Shown: one piece after another, positions 11,541 to 24,307 of the stretch | How the letters are laid out: each line of letters begins with the position of its first letter | How positions within the stretch are numbered: position 1 is the first letter of the stretch | DNA from: Azolla caroliniana | Taxonomy: Eukaryota; Plantae; Polypodiophyta | NCBI GenBank assembly: GCA_043228905.1 | Contig: JBHGNT010000005.1 | Coordinates: forward strand, 20,088,001-20,152,000 | Direction of reading: 5' to 3' | Length of the DNA: 64,000 nucleotides | The notes under the pieces: generated by a model | Databases searched by the model: none | Told to the model about the DNA's origin: nothing | What the model saw: the letters and a program-made list of their open reading frames with translations, nothing else | Program-made: the position numbers and the translations under genes

Positions 11541-13870
11541 CTTACTAGTGTTCCAGACCCGGATGGGACAAATGCAAGGGAAGCTGAAGTTCTAATGGAC
11601 GGGACCCTACTAGATCACTGATGCCGTCAAGGGCACCTATCAATTGGGTACGTTAGCCGGAGAAATCTTAGCAAAGTGGGTCAATGGCTTTCACCTCAAG
11701 CCATATGTCAGGCCGACACCCCCTAACCCTTTCTCAGGAAAAAACCAAGAGGCCGACCAAGAAGATTCTACAGGGGAGGAAGTGAGAAAGACCTGGAAAG
11801 TTCCGACAAAATCAACCTCAGAAGGTGGACCCCCTCCGACTTGAGCTACAGAGGACAAACTGTAAATATTCTTGTACTATACATGTAAATTATCGTTCTC
11901 TTTTTCTGTTATACTTGCTTGAAAAAGAAGAAGCATTTAGAGCTATTTAAGAAAGACTTCATGCATGCACAACGCCCAAGAAAGGAAAGTACAACCTTGA
12001 CTCGACGTCTGGCGATTAATGGCCAAAAGGATCTTGAATCTAGGGCACGTTGTGGTTACTCAGGATACAAGGCAACCCCAAAAGACGCGAACACAAGGAA
12101 ACAATCTCATTTCTTACGAAGACGAAGTAGAAGGAGAACAGAAGAAGCAAGAGTCCTCACCACTGACACAAAGTGAACAACTCGTGCACAAGAAGCTCTT
12201 AGAGCATTCATTCTCGACAAAGTCGAAGAATAAAGCCGACTTCATCATATCGGGAGAAGTATGAAGGAGACAAAGTGGACTAGGAATTCTTGACAAGCGA
12301 AACCCTTAGAGCAGGCATTGTTGCTTTGCAGGCTGACAAAAAAGGTTTTGCCGGTCGTTGCCTAGTATTTTTCGGTACTATACCTACCTCGCTTGGCCGT
12401 GCTAGAGAAGAAGCTTTCGGAACCCACTCGGTCCCTAGCAGTAGAGACACAAATAGGGAAGCAGAGAACACTACAACTAGCTCATGTGATTGATGGTCGT
12501 TGCCTCAGAGATGTCGATAATTGTGGTGCCGGAGAAGATGGTGGCACTAATAACCGACAGGGCCACGACCGTGACTGGGAAAATACGAGAAGGGACGGCC
12601 TCCCAGATTGAGGAGGAGGAGGTTCTAGTCTACCAGGATATCCCACCGGCAATACACGAGATGGCCGCCATATTGCAATTTTGACACCACATATGAGCTG
12701 GTGGAATACTTAGCCCGACAACATGTAGCGGCAACAGCCAAGATGGCGGAGGAGCATGAGGACCGGCCGATGATACAGAGAGCCTTAGCCGGCAACATTG
12801 AAGCCGGAGAGGAAGCGGCATTGCACAAAATCGGCAGGAAATGGCAAGGGAAAATGAGCAATCTGGCAATTGAATTGCCGGTACTGAATATTGGCCTTCG
12901 TGGAAGTCCACCAAGAATTGGCGAAGATACGGACAACGGCCAAAGATATGGCCTATAAGAGAAAAATAGGTGATAAAAGGGGCAACACTAGAGGAGGGAC
13001 AATGGTGGGAGGCCACAGGAAAAATTCAAGCCTTGGAACAATGACATTTGCAAGAGGCCGAGGAGAGAGGGCAAGGCACACCTCTAGCGGTTACGGTAGC
13101 ACCTCGATCGCCACGGATCAAGCCTCGTGTAAAAAAAGAGCTAGAGATAAACTGGTAGGACCTAGAAGAGGCAAAGGCAAGACTCAACCGGAACCTACAA
13201 CAAACCATGGAGCATTACGAGAAGGAGCTCAATAAGATGCTCAAGAATTAAAGGCAGTTCGGCACACAGCTGATATGGGCCAGAGGAGAATCAGGCTTCT
13301 GTTGAGAAGGCATCGGCAATGACTGGACCAGCAAATTGAAGCAGCTCTGAATCGGGGATGGAAGGAATGGTCGGCACAAGCGGACGAATTGCAGATATTC
13401 AGAGCCCGACCAAGAAAATCGCCAGAAAGAGGGACAACTATAAAATGGACAGGGACAGCATCAAGTTGCTCAGGGAGGACTTAATGGAAACTTTTGAGTC
13501 CTTGGCCCAAACTCATTGCTCGGAAGTCAAGAAATTGATGGAAGAATTTTGAGGATGAACAGATGCAACTCACCATACACCTTGTGAAGTACAAACTGGA
13601 GCGGACTCGGTTCACGGACGAATCAATTGAACCCAACACAGAAAGAGAGTTGGAGACAGGAGGACTGGAGCAAGCTAAGAGGCAGAACCAATTGAGCAAA
13701 TCAAGCAGGTCAGAGAAAAGCGGGAAGAAGCCGACAGCCTAGCACAAGCCGAAGCTGAAAGAGGGCCACAACCCGAGTAGTCGGGTATGGATGATTCGAC
13801 GTGACAACAACAAGAATGGATGGAAGATTCAACACCTGGAATGGGGAAAGAAGGGCTGACTGTGGGAACA
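11541..13870 (+). pseudogene. Gypsy integrase C-terminus followed by decayed extra (env-position) coding region
   Basis: VFQTRMGQMQGKLKF*WTGPY...LGTLAGEILAKWVNGFHLKPY, then broken E/K/R-rich coiled-coil-like ORF pieces. Confidence 0.55.
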
Positions 13871-14301
13871 TGTTGAGAGGACAAGCTCAAGCGGATCCAA
13901 ATCGCCTGAAAAAACCAGAGCCAGATCGGTATCCGATTCGTATCCGAATTGAGGAGCCGGATCACTATCCAAAAACTAAATAGTGTGAACCGGTAGGTCG
14001 TTAGAGACCTAGGGTCTGAGCCTAGTACGTTGGCATATTCCTTGGGGTTAGTGTAGAAGCTCATTTATGAGCATCCAAGTAGTTATGGTACTTAGTGTTA
14101 GTCCATGTAAGAACTTGTATAAAAAGTGTTCTTTAGGAAATCATATGTACAGAGTGTTATTATTTTGAAATTAAGTTTGGTTATGCTCTCTCTCTCGTAT
14201 GTGTGTTAAGGTTTCCATTAAACCTTCATCTCTACTTTCTATGATCAGTTGCTATCTGGACAAGCTGGTTATCTTAGCTTCCACAAGCTATAGTTTTTAC
14301 A
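13871..14301 (+). repeat. 5' LTR of copia 13871-34671
   Basis: TG...CA ends, diverged direct repeat of 34203-34671, tRNA-iMet-type PBS directly adjacent. Confidence 0.9.
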
Positions 14302-17300
14302 TGGTATTAGAGTGTGAGGGTTAGAAATCCTTTGCTGCAGTTAGAAACCGTTAGGAAGATGAAAACCTAATTTCCAAAAAAAGAAAAAGACAAGAAGAAG
14401 AGAATGGACCGAGGAATGGCTAGCTCACTCTCGATGGAGAAGCTGGACATATCCAACTATGCATCTTTGTCGTACAAGATGCACCAGTACCTGCTCAAGC
14501 ATGGCTACTGGAGTTATGTCGAAGGAGCTAATAATGTAGCACCTGACGCGACACACAGGGACTTTTCGACTTGGGAACAAGCGGCAAGCATGGTAATGTA
14601 CTGCTTCGCGTCTAGTGTCAGTGATCAGCTGCTCAGCCATATCCGAGACGCCAAGACACCAAAGGAAGCTTGGGGAAACCTGAAGGTCTTCGTCGTAAGC
14701 ACCACGGCTCAGAAGCTACAACTTCGACAAAAAGATATGTCGGTGGCCAACTACACGACCTGAATTAAAGACATCTGCGACTCACTTGTGTCTATGAATG
14801 TGGCCATCGAAGAAGATGAGCTGGTGTAGGTCTGTCTCGGGGGCCTGGCGTCAAAGTTCGGAGCATTCCGGACGGCGTTATGTACAAGGGAGAATACGCC
14901 TTCTTTTTTGGACTTACAACCGATGTTCCTTGTAGAGGAGAACCACACGAGTGCATCGACGAGCACGCACACCAACAACAAGATGTTGTACACGGAGGTA
15001 GATAGGCCCTATGGACGTGGAGGTCAAGGCGGATCAACGCGCAATGTAGGCGGGCGGCAAGAGCAGAATCAGAGTCACAAAGATGGTGCCGACAATAATT
15101 TTGGACCCTCCGAAAACAAGGGGAGTCAAAGCGGCTCCGGAAGGGTCGTGACAAAGAAAACGAGTGCTGGAAGAAAAGAGCCAATTTAGACAAAGTCAGA
15201 TCGAACTGGAAAGACGCAGACATGCATCACCGATCACACTTCGTTAGAAGCTCGAAAGGAGCCGTCTCGGGACTGGCCCTCGTTATGAAGCATAAAGCCA
15301 ACTGAATGGCTACATCCAACTCAAAGTCAAAGGAAGTTTGGTATGTGGACTTCAGAGCTTCAAACCACATGACGAACCACAAAGAGTGGTTCTCTTTTCT
15401 CGAGAAGCTGAAGAAGCCGGGGGTAGTCGAAACCGGAGACGACACCCCACATCCCATCAAGCACATCGAAGATGTCCCTCTGCGCCATGTCGGCCAGAAA
15501 GGAATCGTGAGGAACGTCCTACATGTTTCGGCGATCACCAAGAACTTGGTGTCGGTCGACCAGATCGTAGATCCAAGAATGCAGGTCTGATTCACTCACC
15601 ACAGATGCTTCATCGAGGAGGAAGGCCGGATCATCACGCAAGGGCACCGCTATGTTCGTGAAAGGGCAGAAGGTTGAGTCGGACATCGACCAATGGCATA
15701 AGCGGATAGGCCACATCAACATTCAGAAGCTTCAAGAGATGCAGTCAAAACATGTTGTTTCCAGACTGCCGAAGTTCAGTGGTCGGAAAGGTCAAATATG
15801 TGAATCTTGCCAGCTCGGGAAGCAACATAGGCTTCCATTCCGATGTGTGAGGACTGGCTCAAAACATGAGTATTGGCAAGAGTTGATATTTCGTCTCCTT
15901 CATCAATGATTTCAGTCGACAAACTTGGATCTATTTGATCGAGAAGAAGAGCGAAGTTTTCTCATGCTTCACGGACTTAAAGAATTATGTTGAACAAGAA
16001 ACCGAAAGGAATATCAAGTGTCTGAGATCGGATGGTGGAAATGAGTACTTTTCCAGCCAGTTCACTAGTTATCTACAGGCCAAGGGAATTCGCTGAAGCA
16101 AAATGGTGTGGCCGAACGTTGGAATTGGACGTTGGTAGAAGCAACAAAGGCAATGCTAGAAGAGAAGTGCATGCCCCGGATCTATTGGGCTGAAGCAATT
16201 CGAATTGTCGTCTACATACAGAATCGAACATCTGCCTCAGGGACAAAGGTGTCGCCGCACAAACTGTATTTCGAGTGGAAGCCGAATTTGGCACACCTTC
16301 AAGTATTCGGCGACATTGCGTATGTCCATGTCCCAGGTGAGAAGTGGAAGAAACTAGATGCCAAATCCGAGAAGTGTATCTTGGTTGGCTACTCTGACGA
16401 GCAAAACGGGTACAAATGCTTCAACCCCCGTTCGAAGCAAGTCCGAGTTAATCATGATGTTGTCTTTGACGAATCAGCATCCTGGTACTTCTCATCACCT
16501 GGACTCGAGCCGATTGTTGCGGATGAGGCAGCGGTATTCGAACAGCCGGATAGTCTAACTTCTCTCCGGATCAGTGGATTGAATGAGGACCGGTTGAGCC
16601 AAAGCGGTCAACTCGATGACTAGCAAGCGAGTAGTGAAGACTCAGTCATGCTCTCCCTACGTAAGGAACCAAGGAGACGGTTCATGCACAAAGAGAATGT
16701 GAAGAACAAGATGTCGGAATACGATACCAACAGAGATGACTCGGATCAGAGCGGATCCGACTCCGGAAGGAACGAAGACAGACCTTCGGAAACGAAGTTT
16801 GTGTCAGCCAAGAAGGCCAAGAAATCGGCGAACCAAGGATTGCGCCAATCCACCGGCCCAAAGCACCCCGCAACTTGATACGGATACAACGAGTATATAA
16901 CACATCATCATGCATACATGGTGAAGGTGGCAGTCGTGCGTGAGCCGAACAACTACGTAGAAGCGGTTAAGGATCCGAATCGGTAGAAGGCCATGGAGGA
17001 AGAGATGCACACGCTCACGGAAAATGAGACTTGGGACTTGGTGGACATACCGAAAGGAGTGAGCCGATCGGTTGTCGGTGGGTGTACAAAGTCAAATATA
17101 ATGCCGATGGCTCCCTCAACCCGTACAAGGCCCGATTAGTGGCGAAGGGTTACAGGCAACAACACAGAATCGATTATGATGAGACCTTCACACCGGTCAC
17201 GAAGATGACGACTGTACGTGTCTTGCTTGTGGTCGCAACGAATCAACAAGAGGCTAGCAACATGATGACGATGTTCGAGCGGATGATACAAGAACAACGC

Positions 17301-18821
17301 GCGATGTCAGATATTGCGGCGGCAATGGAGCGTCTCGTGCAACGGAACGGGCCATTCAACGGGAAGAATGTGTTACGTTATTTGTGGAACTACAAGGCGG
17401 AGATACTACGGTGTGGAATACCGGAAGGATTGCAAGTGACATCCTTCAATCGAGAGGCTATTGATGGGCTTCAAGGGAGTATCCACGGGGCAGCGCTTGA
17501 AGAAGCATTGAAGACCACGTTCGCTATCAAGGACTCCTCCAAGGCAACGCGAAGAGGATTCAAAGATTGGGTGGAAACACCGGACAAGGGGTTGAAGGTC
17601 CTCTATGTATTTTTGGCATTCGAAAGTCGATTCGGGAGGTTCTCCGCGAGAGATCAAGCTATCCTTGCACCAGACAAAGTGATCATGTTCTTACGAGTTG
17701 TGGACGTCTGGGACCGGAAAGATCTTGGAGTGCTTCTAGAGGATATGAATACTGAGAGTGGCCTCACCAATACATGGGAAAATGTGTGGGACATCGTCGC
17801 ACGATACACAAAGAGGGGGCAATGGCTTGGTAATGAAGAAAAGAGGGTTTCGGAACCAATTCCGAGAGCAAGAGCTGGATTGGAAGATCACCAACCATGA
17901 CCCCGGGAGACTACGGCCGAAAAGGGAATCAATGTGACCACGGTGGAGCAATTGTTGAAGGAGATGGAAAATCTCAAGATTGTCATGGTGAAGAAATCGG
18001 AAGACCATCCCACGAGTTCCAAGTATATGGATCGTTGGTGCATATGGTGCGATCACACCGAACATGATCGGAAAGATTGCGATGAGCACAAGGAGGCTCT
18101 ACGACGGGATCTCATCTACTACGAGGGAAATCGGATCCATTCAATGGACTCTTGGAAGCCACTTCGACCGAACTTCCGAAAAGGCAGCATGAAGAAGGTC
18201 CTAGGGGAGGAGATTGTGGAAAAAAGTAATTATGCGACAACCGCGGGAATATGTGTGGGAGACATCTAGGGGAAAGTTGTCTTTCTAGCTGGAAGTGCTA
18301 GAAATCTCCGAGAAAACCGACTCTGATGAAATCCGAAGCACCACGTAAGGCATCTGAGAAGCTACGAGATGGGAGTGTGTCGTAGATAAGAATAGCATAT
18401 ATGCCTTATGTCAATTACATGAGGTGTATGTAGATGAGAAGCGACGGCGTAGAGATGATGCGACCGGACCATCGAAGATGCCAGAAAGCTAGAATTCCGA
18501 AAGGAAAGGAAAAGGAAAAATGACTACGACATTCAAACTGGCTTCGGACATCGAACAACAAACGGACTTAAAGAAGGTGTTCGAAGAGAGAATCCTTGAT
18601 AGTTCGGTGGAATTCTCCCTCTGAGAATTGCTCTGAATAGTGAAGAAAGAGTTCCATGACCTGGTCATGGATCTCGTGAAAAGAAAGAGGCAAGCTATGG
18701 AAGAATCAAATGCTCCAAGAGTGCAAATACCGTTCTAATGAACGATACAGAAATAGAGGATGAGATTCCGAACTCCCACTACACAAAGCCACACTTGGTA
18801 CGGGCAACTACGGAGACTCCA

Positions 18822-18910
18822 TGATGTTGGAGACGAGGTCGTCTATGCGGAAGATCAAGAAGCATTCGATTGGTTCTTGAATACTTGCGTATGACAGTTT
18901 CTAGGTCGTT

Positions 18911-18955
<45 letters not shown>

Positions 18956-21900
18956 CACAAAAGACTTTCTATTCAATAGAAACAATAATACAACACCCAA
19001 CCTTACAAAAAGGTTACAAGGTCACTATATATAGAGACCGACTTAGGGCAACTACCCTTTATGCTAATTACACAAATGGCCCAAAGGGATAGTGTGAATA
19101 CGTCCATTATACACTTGTATTCGACACTCCCCCGTAATGGGCGTATACATGGGTTATCTAAGATTACAGGTATAGACTTAGGTTCTCGGACATATCAGCT
19201 TTGTTCGAGTCGGCAGGGTCCGAAGGCAGAAGACCGAACTGGTCGGGTCGGAACAGTTGAAGCCGATCATTAAGGAACTGATGTCGGTTGTCGGGAACCA
19301 TCCTGCTCTGTGTCCGGCTCTAACCGGACTGGTTTGTCGTTACGCCCATCTGATGCCGAAGAAACCGAAAGCGGTCTGCCGAAAGACACTTGGTCATTCC
19401 ATCTGCGACATTGTCGGTTGTGGATATTTTCTCTAGACCGATTTTCCCTGAAATGACGCAGTCCCGAACGAAGTGATATCGAACGTCGATATGTTTGGAG
19501 GCGTTGTGGTGAACCGGATTTTTTGACAAGGCAACAGCACCTTGACTGTCGCTGTAGACAACTGGAGCCGAGTCATGGTCGACTTGTCGAAACGTGTGCG
19601 CCAGCCGACCGAGCCACAAAGCTTCTTTTGCTGCGTCGGACGCAGCTACATATTCTGCTTCGGTCGTTGAGGTCGCTGTGCACTCCTGAAGTTTCGACTT
19701 CCACGAGATTGCTCCATTGCCGAATTTGAAGCAGTATCCGGTTGTTGATTTCCGACTGTCTGTACAGCCGGCGAAGTCCGAGTCGGTGTAACCGACTACG
19801 CCTGAGGTTCGGTTCGGACCGAAAAGAATGCCATGGTCTTTTGTGCCAGCCAGATATCTGAACACATGCTTGACTGCGTTCCAATGCGATCGGCCAGGAT
19901 TGTGCATAAATCTGCTAACGACTCCTACGGCATGAGAAATATCAGGTCGTGTCGCGACCATCAGGTACATAAGGGAGCCGACTGCCGGTGCATACGGTAC
20001 CGACTTCATATCTTCCCCCTCCGGGCCGGATGTCGGGCAGTCTCGCTGAGAGAGCCGAAGATTCATTGGGAGCGGGGTTGAAGCAGATTTGGCTGATTGC
20101 ATGTTGAAGCGTTCCAAGACACGTCGGATATAGTCGGTCTGAGACAAAAAAAGATGTCGTTTATCGCGATGCCGACTAATCTTCATGCCGAGTATGTGTC
20201 GTGCCGGACCGAGGTCCTTCATGGCAAACTTCAACCGCAGTTGCCGAAGGAGATCGGCAAGTTCGCCCGCGTGGCGTCCAGAAATTAGCATGTCGTCCAC
20301 GTAAATGATGAGGAAGATGGGTGATCCATCTTGAGCTGTGTTGGTGAAGAGACAATGGTCCTCATCGCTTTTGGAGAAGCCGATCGATTGGATGAAGTCG
20401 TCGAACTTCTTGTACCATTGTCGTGGTGCCTGTTTGAGGCCGTATAGACTCTTCCTGAGTCGGCAGACTAGATGTTCTTGGCCAGTTGCCACGAAGCCTT
20501 TTGGCTGCTCCATATAAATTTCCTCCTCGAGATCAGCATGGAGGAAGGCTGTTTTGACATCTAGCTGAATCAGCTCCAAGTTGTCGGCTGCCACTACGCC
20601 GAGTAGAAAACGAAGGGTTGTCATTTTCACCACTGGTGAAAAAATCTCGTCGAAGTCGACGCCATATTCTTGTCGGAAGCCCTTCGCAACTAATCTGGCC
20701 TTGTACTTTGGGGTGGTCGAATCAGACGTCTCTTTTAGTCGATAAACCCACTTGCAAGGAAGAGCACGTCGGTTCTTAGGTAATTCGACCAGATCCCAAG
20801 TCTTGTTTGCCCGAATGGAGTGCATTTCCGACTCCATCGCCAGATGCCAGGTGGCTGAATCGACAGATGTCGATGCTTCTTCGTAAGACGTCGGTTCGCC
20901 GGCGTCGGTGAAGAAAATTCCAGGAGAGTACCTCTCCGGAGGTTGCGACAGTCTCTCGGATCGTCGAGGTATGATTGGACTGGTCGCATCAGGTATCGTG
21001 GTCGGATGGTCCGAAAGCGGATTGTTCTGCTGTGCCGAGTCGGAGTTGTCCGAGTCGGTAGTGTAAGGTTCAGCTACCCGTGAAGCTGACCGTGTGTTGA
21101 GAGCGGGGCCTTCTTGAAGGGTCGGCACATCGGAAAATGTTACCCTTCGGACTTCGATCGGTTTTTCGACTGATGGATTCATAGCCGACTCGTTGAACAC
21201 AACGTCCGAACTTCGGACAATTTGTCTGCGTTCGGGATCCCAGAGTCGGTATCCCATTTCGCCGTCGGATCCATATCCAAGGAAAATGCATTTCCTGGAC
21301 CGAGGTGCAACTTTTCGGCGATCATCTTTCGGAATAAGGGCGTACGCCTCGCATCCGAAGATCCTCGGCTTGTCGTAATTCGGCTTACTGCCGATCCATC
21401 GTTCCTGAGGAATTTGAAGTCCTAGAGGTCTACTTGGCGACATATTGATTATGTGTACTGCCGTGAGTAGAGCCTCTGCCCAGAAGCCATCCGACAGTCC
21501 GGAGTGTTGGAGCATGGAAACTATCCGTTCTTGGATTGTCCGATTCATTCGCTCTGCAATCCCGTTTTGCTCCGGACTGTGTGGTGCCGTAAATTCTCGT
21601 CGGATGCCGCGTTGTCGGCAGAATTTGACGAATTCTTCTGATTTGAACTCTCCCCCATTGTCGGTCCGAAAGCATTTCAGTTTTCGGTCGGTTTGATTTT
21701 CTACCATAGCGAGCCAATCGGAGAAGATCGAGAAGACCCGATCTTTGGTGCGAATCGGATAAGCCCACACCTTTCGAGTCGAATCGTCAATAAAAGTGAC
21801 GAAGTAAGAGGCACCGCCGAGAGACTGATGCGGCATTGGGCCACAGACGTCCGAGTGGACCAAATCAAGAGGTCTCGTTTCTCTTGGTGCTGATGTCAGG

Positions 21901-24084
21901 TGTGATGCGGCTGCTTGTTTGCCATACTGGCAATGCTCGCAGAATTGATGGTCGGAGAAGGAGAGTTTAGGGATGTATCCGGCTCTAGATAGATGCGTAA
22001 TGCCGGCCTTGCTGAGGTGTCCTAATCTTCTGTGCCATAGTGATGACACAGGAATATCCACCAAAAACAGGTTACCCTCTCTGAGCGTAACATGTAACGG
22101 ATACAGTGAGTGTATCTTGGGTCCTCTAGCAAGCAGGAGGTTCCCCCTGTGGAGTGTCCACCCTCCCGAAGAAAAACCGGCACGAATGCCGTCTTCATCT
22201 AGTTGTCCGACTGAGATCAATGGCCTTGAGAGCTCGGGTACATGTCGGACATTGTGGAGTACAAGTGTAGAGCCACCTGCAAGGTTGAGCTCTACTGTGT
22301 CGATTCCGATGATGTCACAGTGTTGTGAGTTGCCGACTCGAACTGAGTCGGAGTGACGGATCGTATATTGCCGAAATTGGGATCGATGAGGAGTCACGTG
22401 AAATGACGCGCCCGAATCTAAGAGCCATGTGCTCGACTCTTCAGTCGTGAGTAGGACTTCTGATCCGACTGGATTTTCGATTGATAGTATATTCGGGTCG
22501 TCTGGTAGCACATCAGCTGAGAAGCTGACGTAATTGATCTCCTCATGCCGGCCACTCTTCTTGTTGTTCTTGTTCTTGAGTGCGCGGCAGTCGGCTTTGA
22601 TGTGTTCGGGTTTCTTGCAGTAGTTGCAGATTCGGTTATCCCGTGACTGGCTCCGTCTTCGCTGATTGTTCGGCGGTCGTGAGGAATCTCTTCCTCGTAT
22701 GTTCGATCGGTCTGTCGAACATTGTACTACATAAGCGTCGTCTGTTGAGTCTTTGGCGAAAGACTTTCTCCGAGCTGCTTCGGTCAGGATTGCGCTCGTG
22801 ACTTCGGAGTATTTAACAGCCGTGGTTGACGCGTTGCACACGGTTGTGACGAAAGTTTCCCATGATGAGGGAAGGCTACTCATGAGTATCATTGCTCTGA
22901 GTTCATCCTCGATTGCCGTCCCCTGTGACGAGATTTGGGAGCTTATGCTTTCGTACTCATTGAGGTGTGCTTGAACCGAGTCGGATTCTTTCATCCGCAA
23001 GTTGTAGAGGCGCCGGATCAGAAACATCTTTGTTGCGGCGACCTTCTTTTCGTAAGTGTCTGACAGTGTTTTCCACAGGTCGAATGCTGTCGTACACGAT
23101 TGCACCGTAAAGTATACCGATTCCGATAGGTGCATCCGAATCGTGGCGCGGACGATTCTGTCCAGCTTCTGCCACTCAATTGGTTTGTATCCTTCTGGAG
23201 GTTCTTCATTTTCGATGGGATCGATTTGCCCCTTGACTATGAGATAGTCCTGCATTTGTTCCTTCCAGAAGTTGAAGTTCGATCCATCGAACTTTCGTAG
23301 ACTCATTTCTGACGAGCCGGATGTTGATGCCATCAAATTGGGTTTCGGTTGACGAAGCTCGGTTCGGAGTTGACTACGAGCCTTGTTGGAGTGCAGCCGG
23401 TTGGCTCACCCGATATCGTTCTAGTCGGATTTGAACCCGAGTCGGTTCGGCTTCGGAACTTGCTCGAATTGACTCCGGTAGCTTGAGGGACAGAACCGAC
23501 TGGTCTTCCCGAATGTTGCCGAGTCGGAGTGAGCCCGGTTCGCTTCGGATATATATGCCGAATACCGATTATTGAAACCGATTATCTGGACCGATTCTGC
23601 TTCGGTTGACTGCAGCAACGAGAGAGACGGATCCAACTGATCCTCCCGAATGTCGATCAGCCAGATGAAGCACGAATTTGGGGTTGTTGTCTTGAGACCG
23701 ATCTGCACCGAGTGGTTACAATGAGCGGCGTTTGATTACCTCTTCGGATGCCGTTTAACCGGGTGGAGCACGATCGTGTCAATGTTGCACAAGGGGATTT
23801 CACCTCGAGCGGTTACGATCACAAGGGACAGAGTACAACCTGCTGGCTTACTCCAAGCGAAGATGATCTAACGCGATGAGATGCAAGCCTCGTTTCTCTT
23901 CTTCTTCGAATGACGCAGGAAACCGAATGCTGTGCAGGCTGAGACGACGGCCGACAGCAGATTGAAGGACCGACTACTGTGCAGGCTCTGATACCAGATG
24001 TTGGAGACGAGGTCATCTATGCGGAAGATCAAGAAGCATTCGATTGGTTCTTGAATACCTGCGTATGACAGTTTCTAGGTCGTT

Positions 24085-24125
<41 letters not shown>

Positions 24126-24296
24126 CACAAAAGACTTTCTATTCAATAGAAACAATAATACAACACCCAACCTTACAAAAAGGTTACAAGGTCACTATAT
24201 ATAGAGACCGACTTAGGGCAACTACCCTTTATGCTAATTACACAAATGGCCCAAAGGGATAGTGTGAATACGTCCATTATACACTTGTATTCGACA
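18822..24296 (-). mobile_element. Young full-length Ty1/copia
   Basis: LTRs 18825-19126 and 23999-24296 (2 substitutions plus a 4-nt (AG)n length difference). PBS-iMet 23985-23996. PPT 19127-19134. TSD CTCCA (18817-18821, 24297-24301). Intact polyprotein. Confidence 0.97.
19320..23336 (-). CDS. Copia Gag-Pol polyprotein, 1338 aa, uninterrupted
   Basis: CNYCKKPEHIKADC, WLLDSGASFH, LWHRRLGH, HSDVCGP/FIDD/DNGGEF/GIAERMN, QLDVKTAF, YVDDML, YTDSDFAG/TEAEY/ADGMTK. Confidence 0.97.
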   Translation of the reverse strand: MMASTSGSSEMSLRKFDGSNFNFWKEQMQDYLIVKGQIDPIENEEPPEGYKPIEWQKLDRIVRATIRMHLSESVYFTVQSCTTAFDLWKTLSDTYEKKVAATKMFLIRRLYNLRMKESDSVQAHLNEYESISSQISSQGTAIEDELRAMILMSSLPSSWETFVTTVCNASTTAVKYSEVTSAILTEAARRKSFAKDSTDDAYVVQCSTDRSNIRGRDSSRPPNNQRRRSQSRDNRICNYCKKPEHIKADCRALKNKNNKKSGRHEEINYVSFSADVLPDDPNILSIENPVGSEVLLTTEESSTWLLDSGASFHVTPHRSQFRQYTIRHSDSVRVGNSQHCDIIGIDTVELNLAGGSTLVLHNVRHVPELSRPLISVGQLDEDGIRAGFSSGGWTLHRGNLLLARGPKIHSLYPLHVTLREGNLFLVDIPVSSLWHRRLGHLSKAGITHLSRAGYIPKLSFSDHQFCEHCQYGKQAAASHLTSAPRETRPLDLVHSDVCGPMPHQSLGGASYFVTFIDDSTRKVWAYPIRTKDRVFSIFSDWLAMVENQTDRKLKCFRTDNGGEFKSEEFVKFCRQRGIRREFTAPHSPEQNGIAERMNRTIQERIVSMLQHSGLSDGFWAEALLTAVHIINMSPSRPLGLQIPQERWIGSKPNYDKPRIFGCEAYALIPKDDRRKVAPRSRKCIFLGYGSDGEMGYRLWDPERRQIVRSSDVVFNESAMNPSVEKPIEVRRVTFSDVPTLQEGPALNTRSASRVAEPYTTDSDNSDSAQQNNPLSDHPTTIPDATSPIIPRRSERLSQPPERYSPGIFFTDAGEPTSYEEASTSVDSATWHLAMESEMHSIRANKTWDLVELPKNRRALPCKWVYRLKETSDSTTPKYKARLVAKGFRQEYGVDFDEIFSPVVKMTTLRFLLGVVAADNLELIQLDVKTAFLHADLEEEIYMEQPKGFVATGQEHLVCRLRKSLYGLKQAPRQWYKKFDDFIQSIGFSKSDEDHCLFTNTAQDGSPIFLIIYVDDMLISGRHAGELADLLRQLRLKFAMKDLGPARHILGMKISRHRDKRHLFLSQTDYIRRVLERFNMQSAKSASTPLPMNLRLSQRDCPTSGPEGEDMKSVPYAPAVGSLMYLMVATRPDISHAVGVVSRFMHNPGRSHWNAVKHVFRYLAGTKDHGILFGPNRTSGVVGYTDSDFAGCTDSRKSTTGYCFKFGNGAISWKSKLQECTATSTTEAEYVAASDAAKEALWLGRLAHTFRQVDHDSAPVVYSDSQGAVALSKNPVHHNASKHIDVRYHFVRDCVISGKIGLEKISTTDNVADGMTKCLSADRFRFLRHQMGVTTNQSG

Positions 24297-24307
24297 CTCC
24301 AGTCTGG

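Noticed and set aside
17031-17900. 289-aa ORF fusing copia RT to gypsy Gag
   Set aside because: A chance in-frame deletion junction near 17240 between two decayed elements. Both parts are damaged and there is no proper start.
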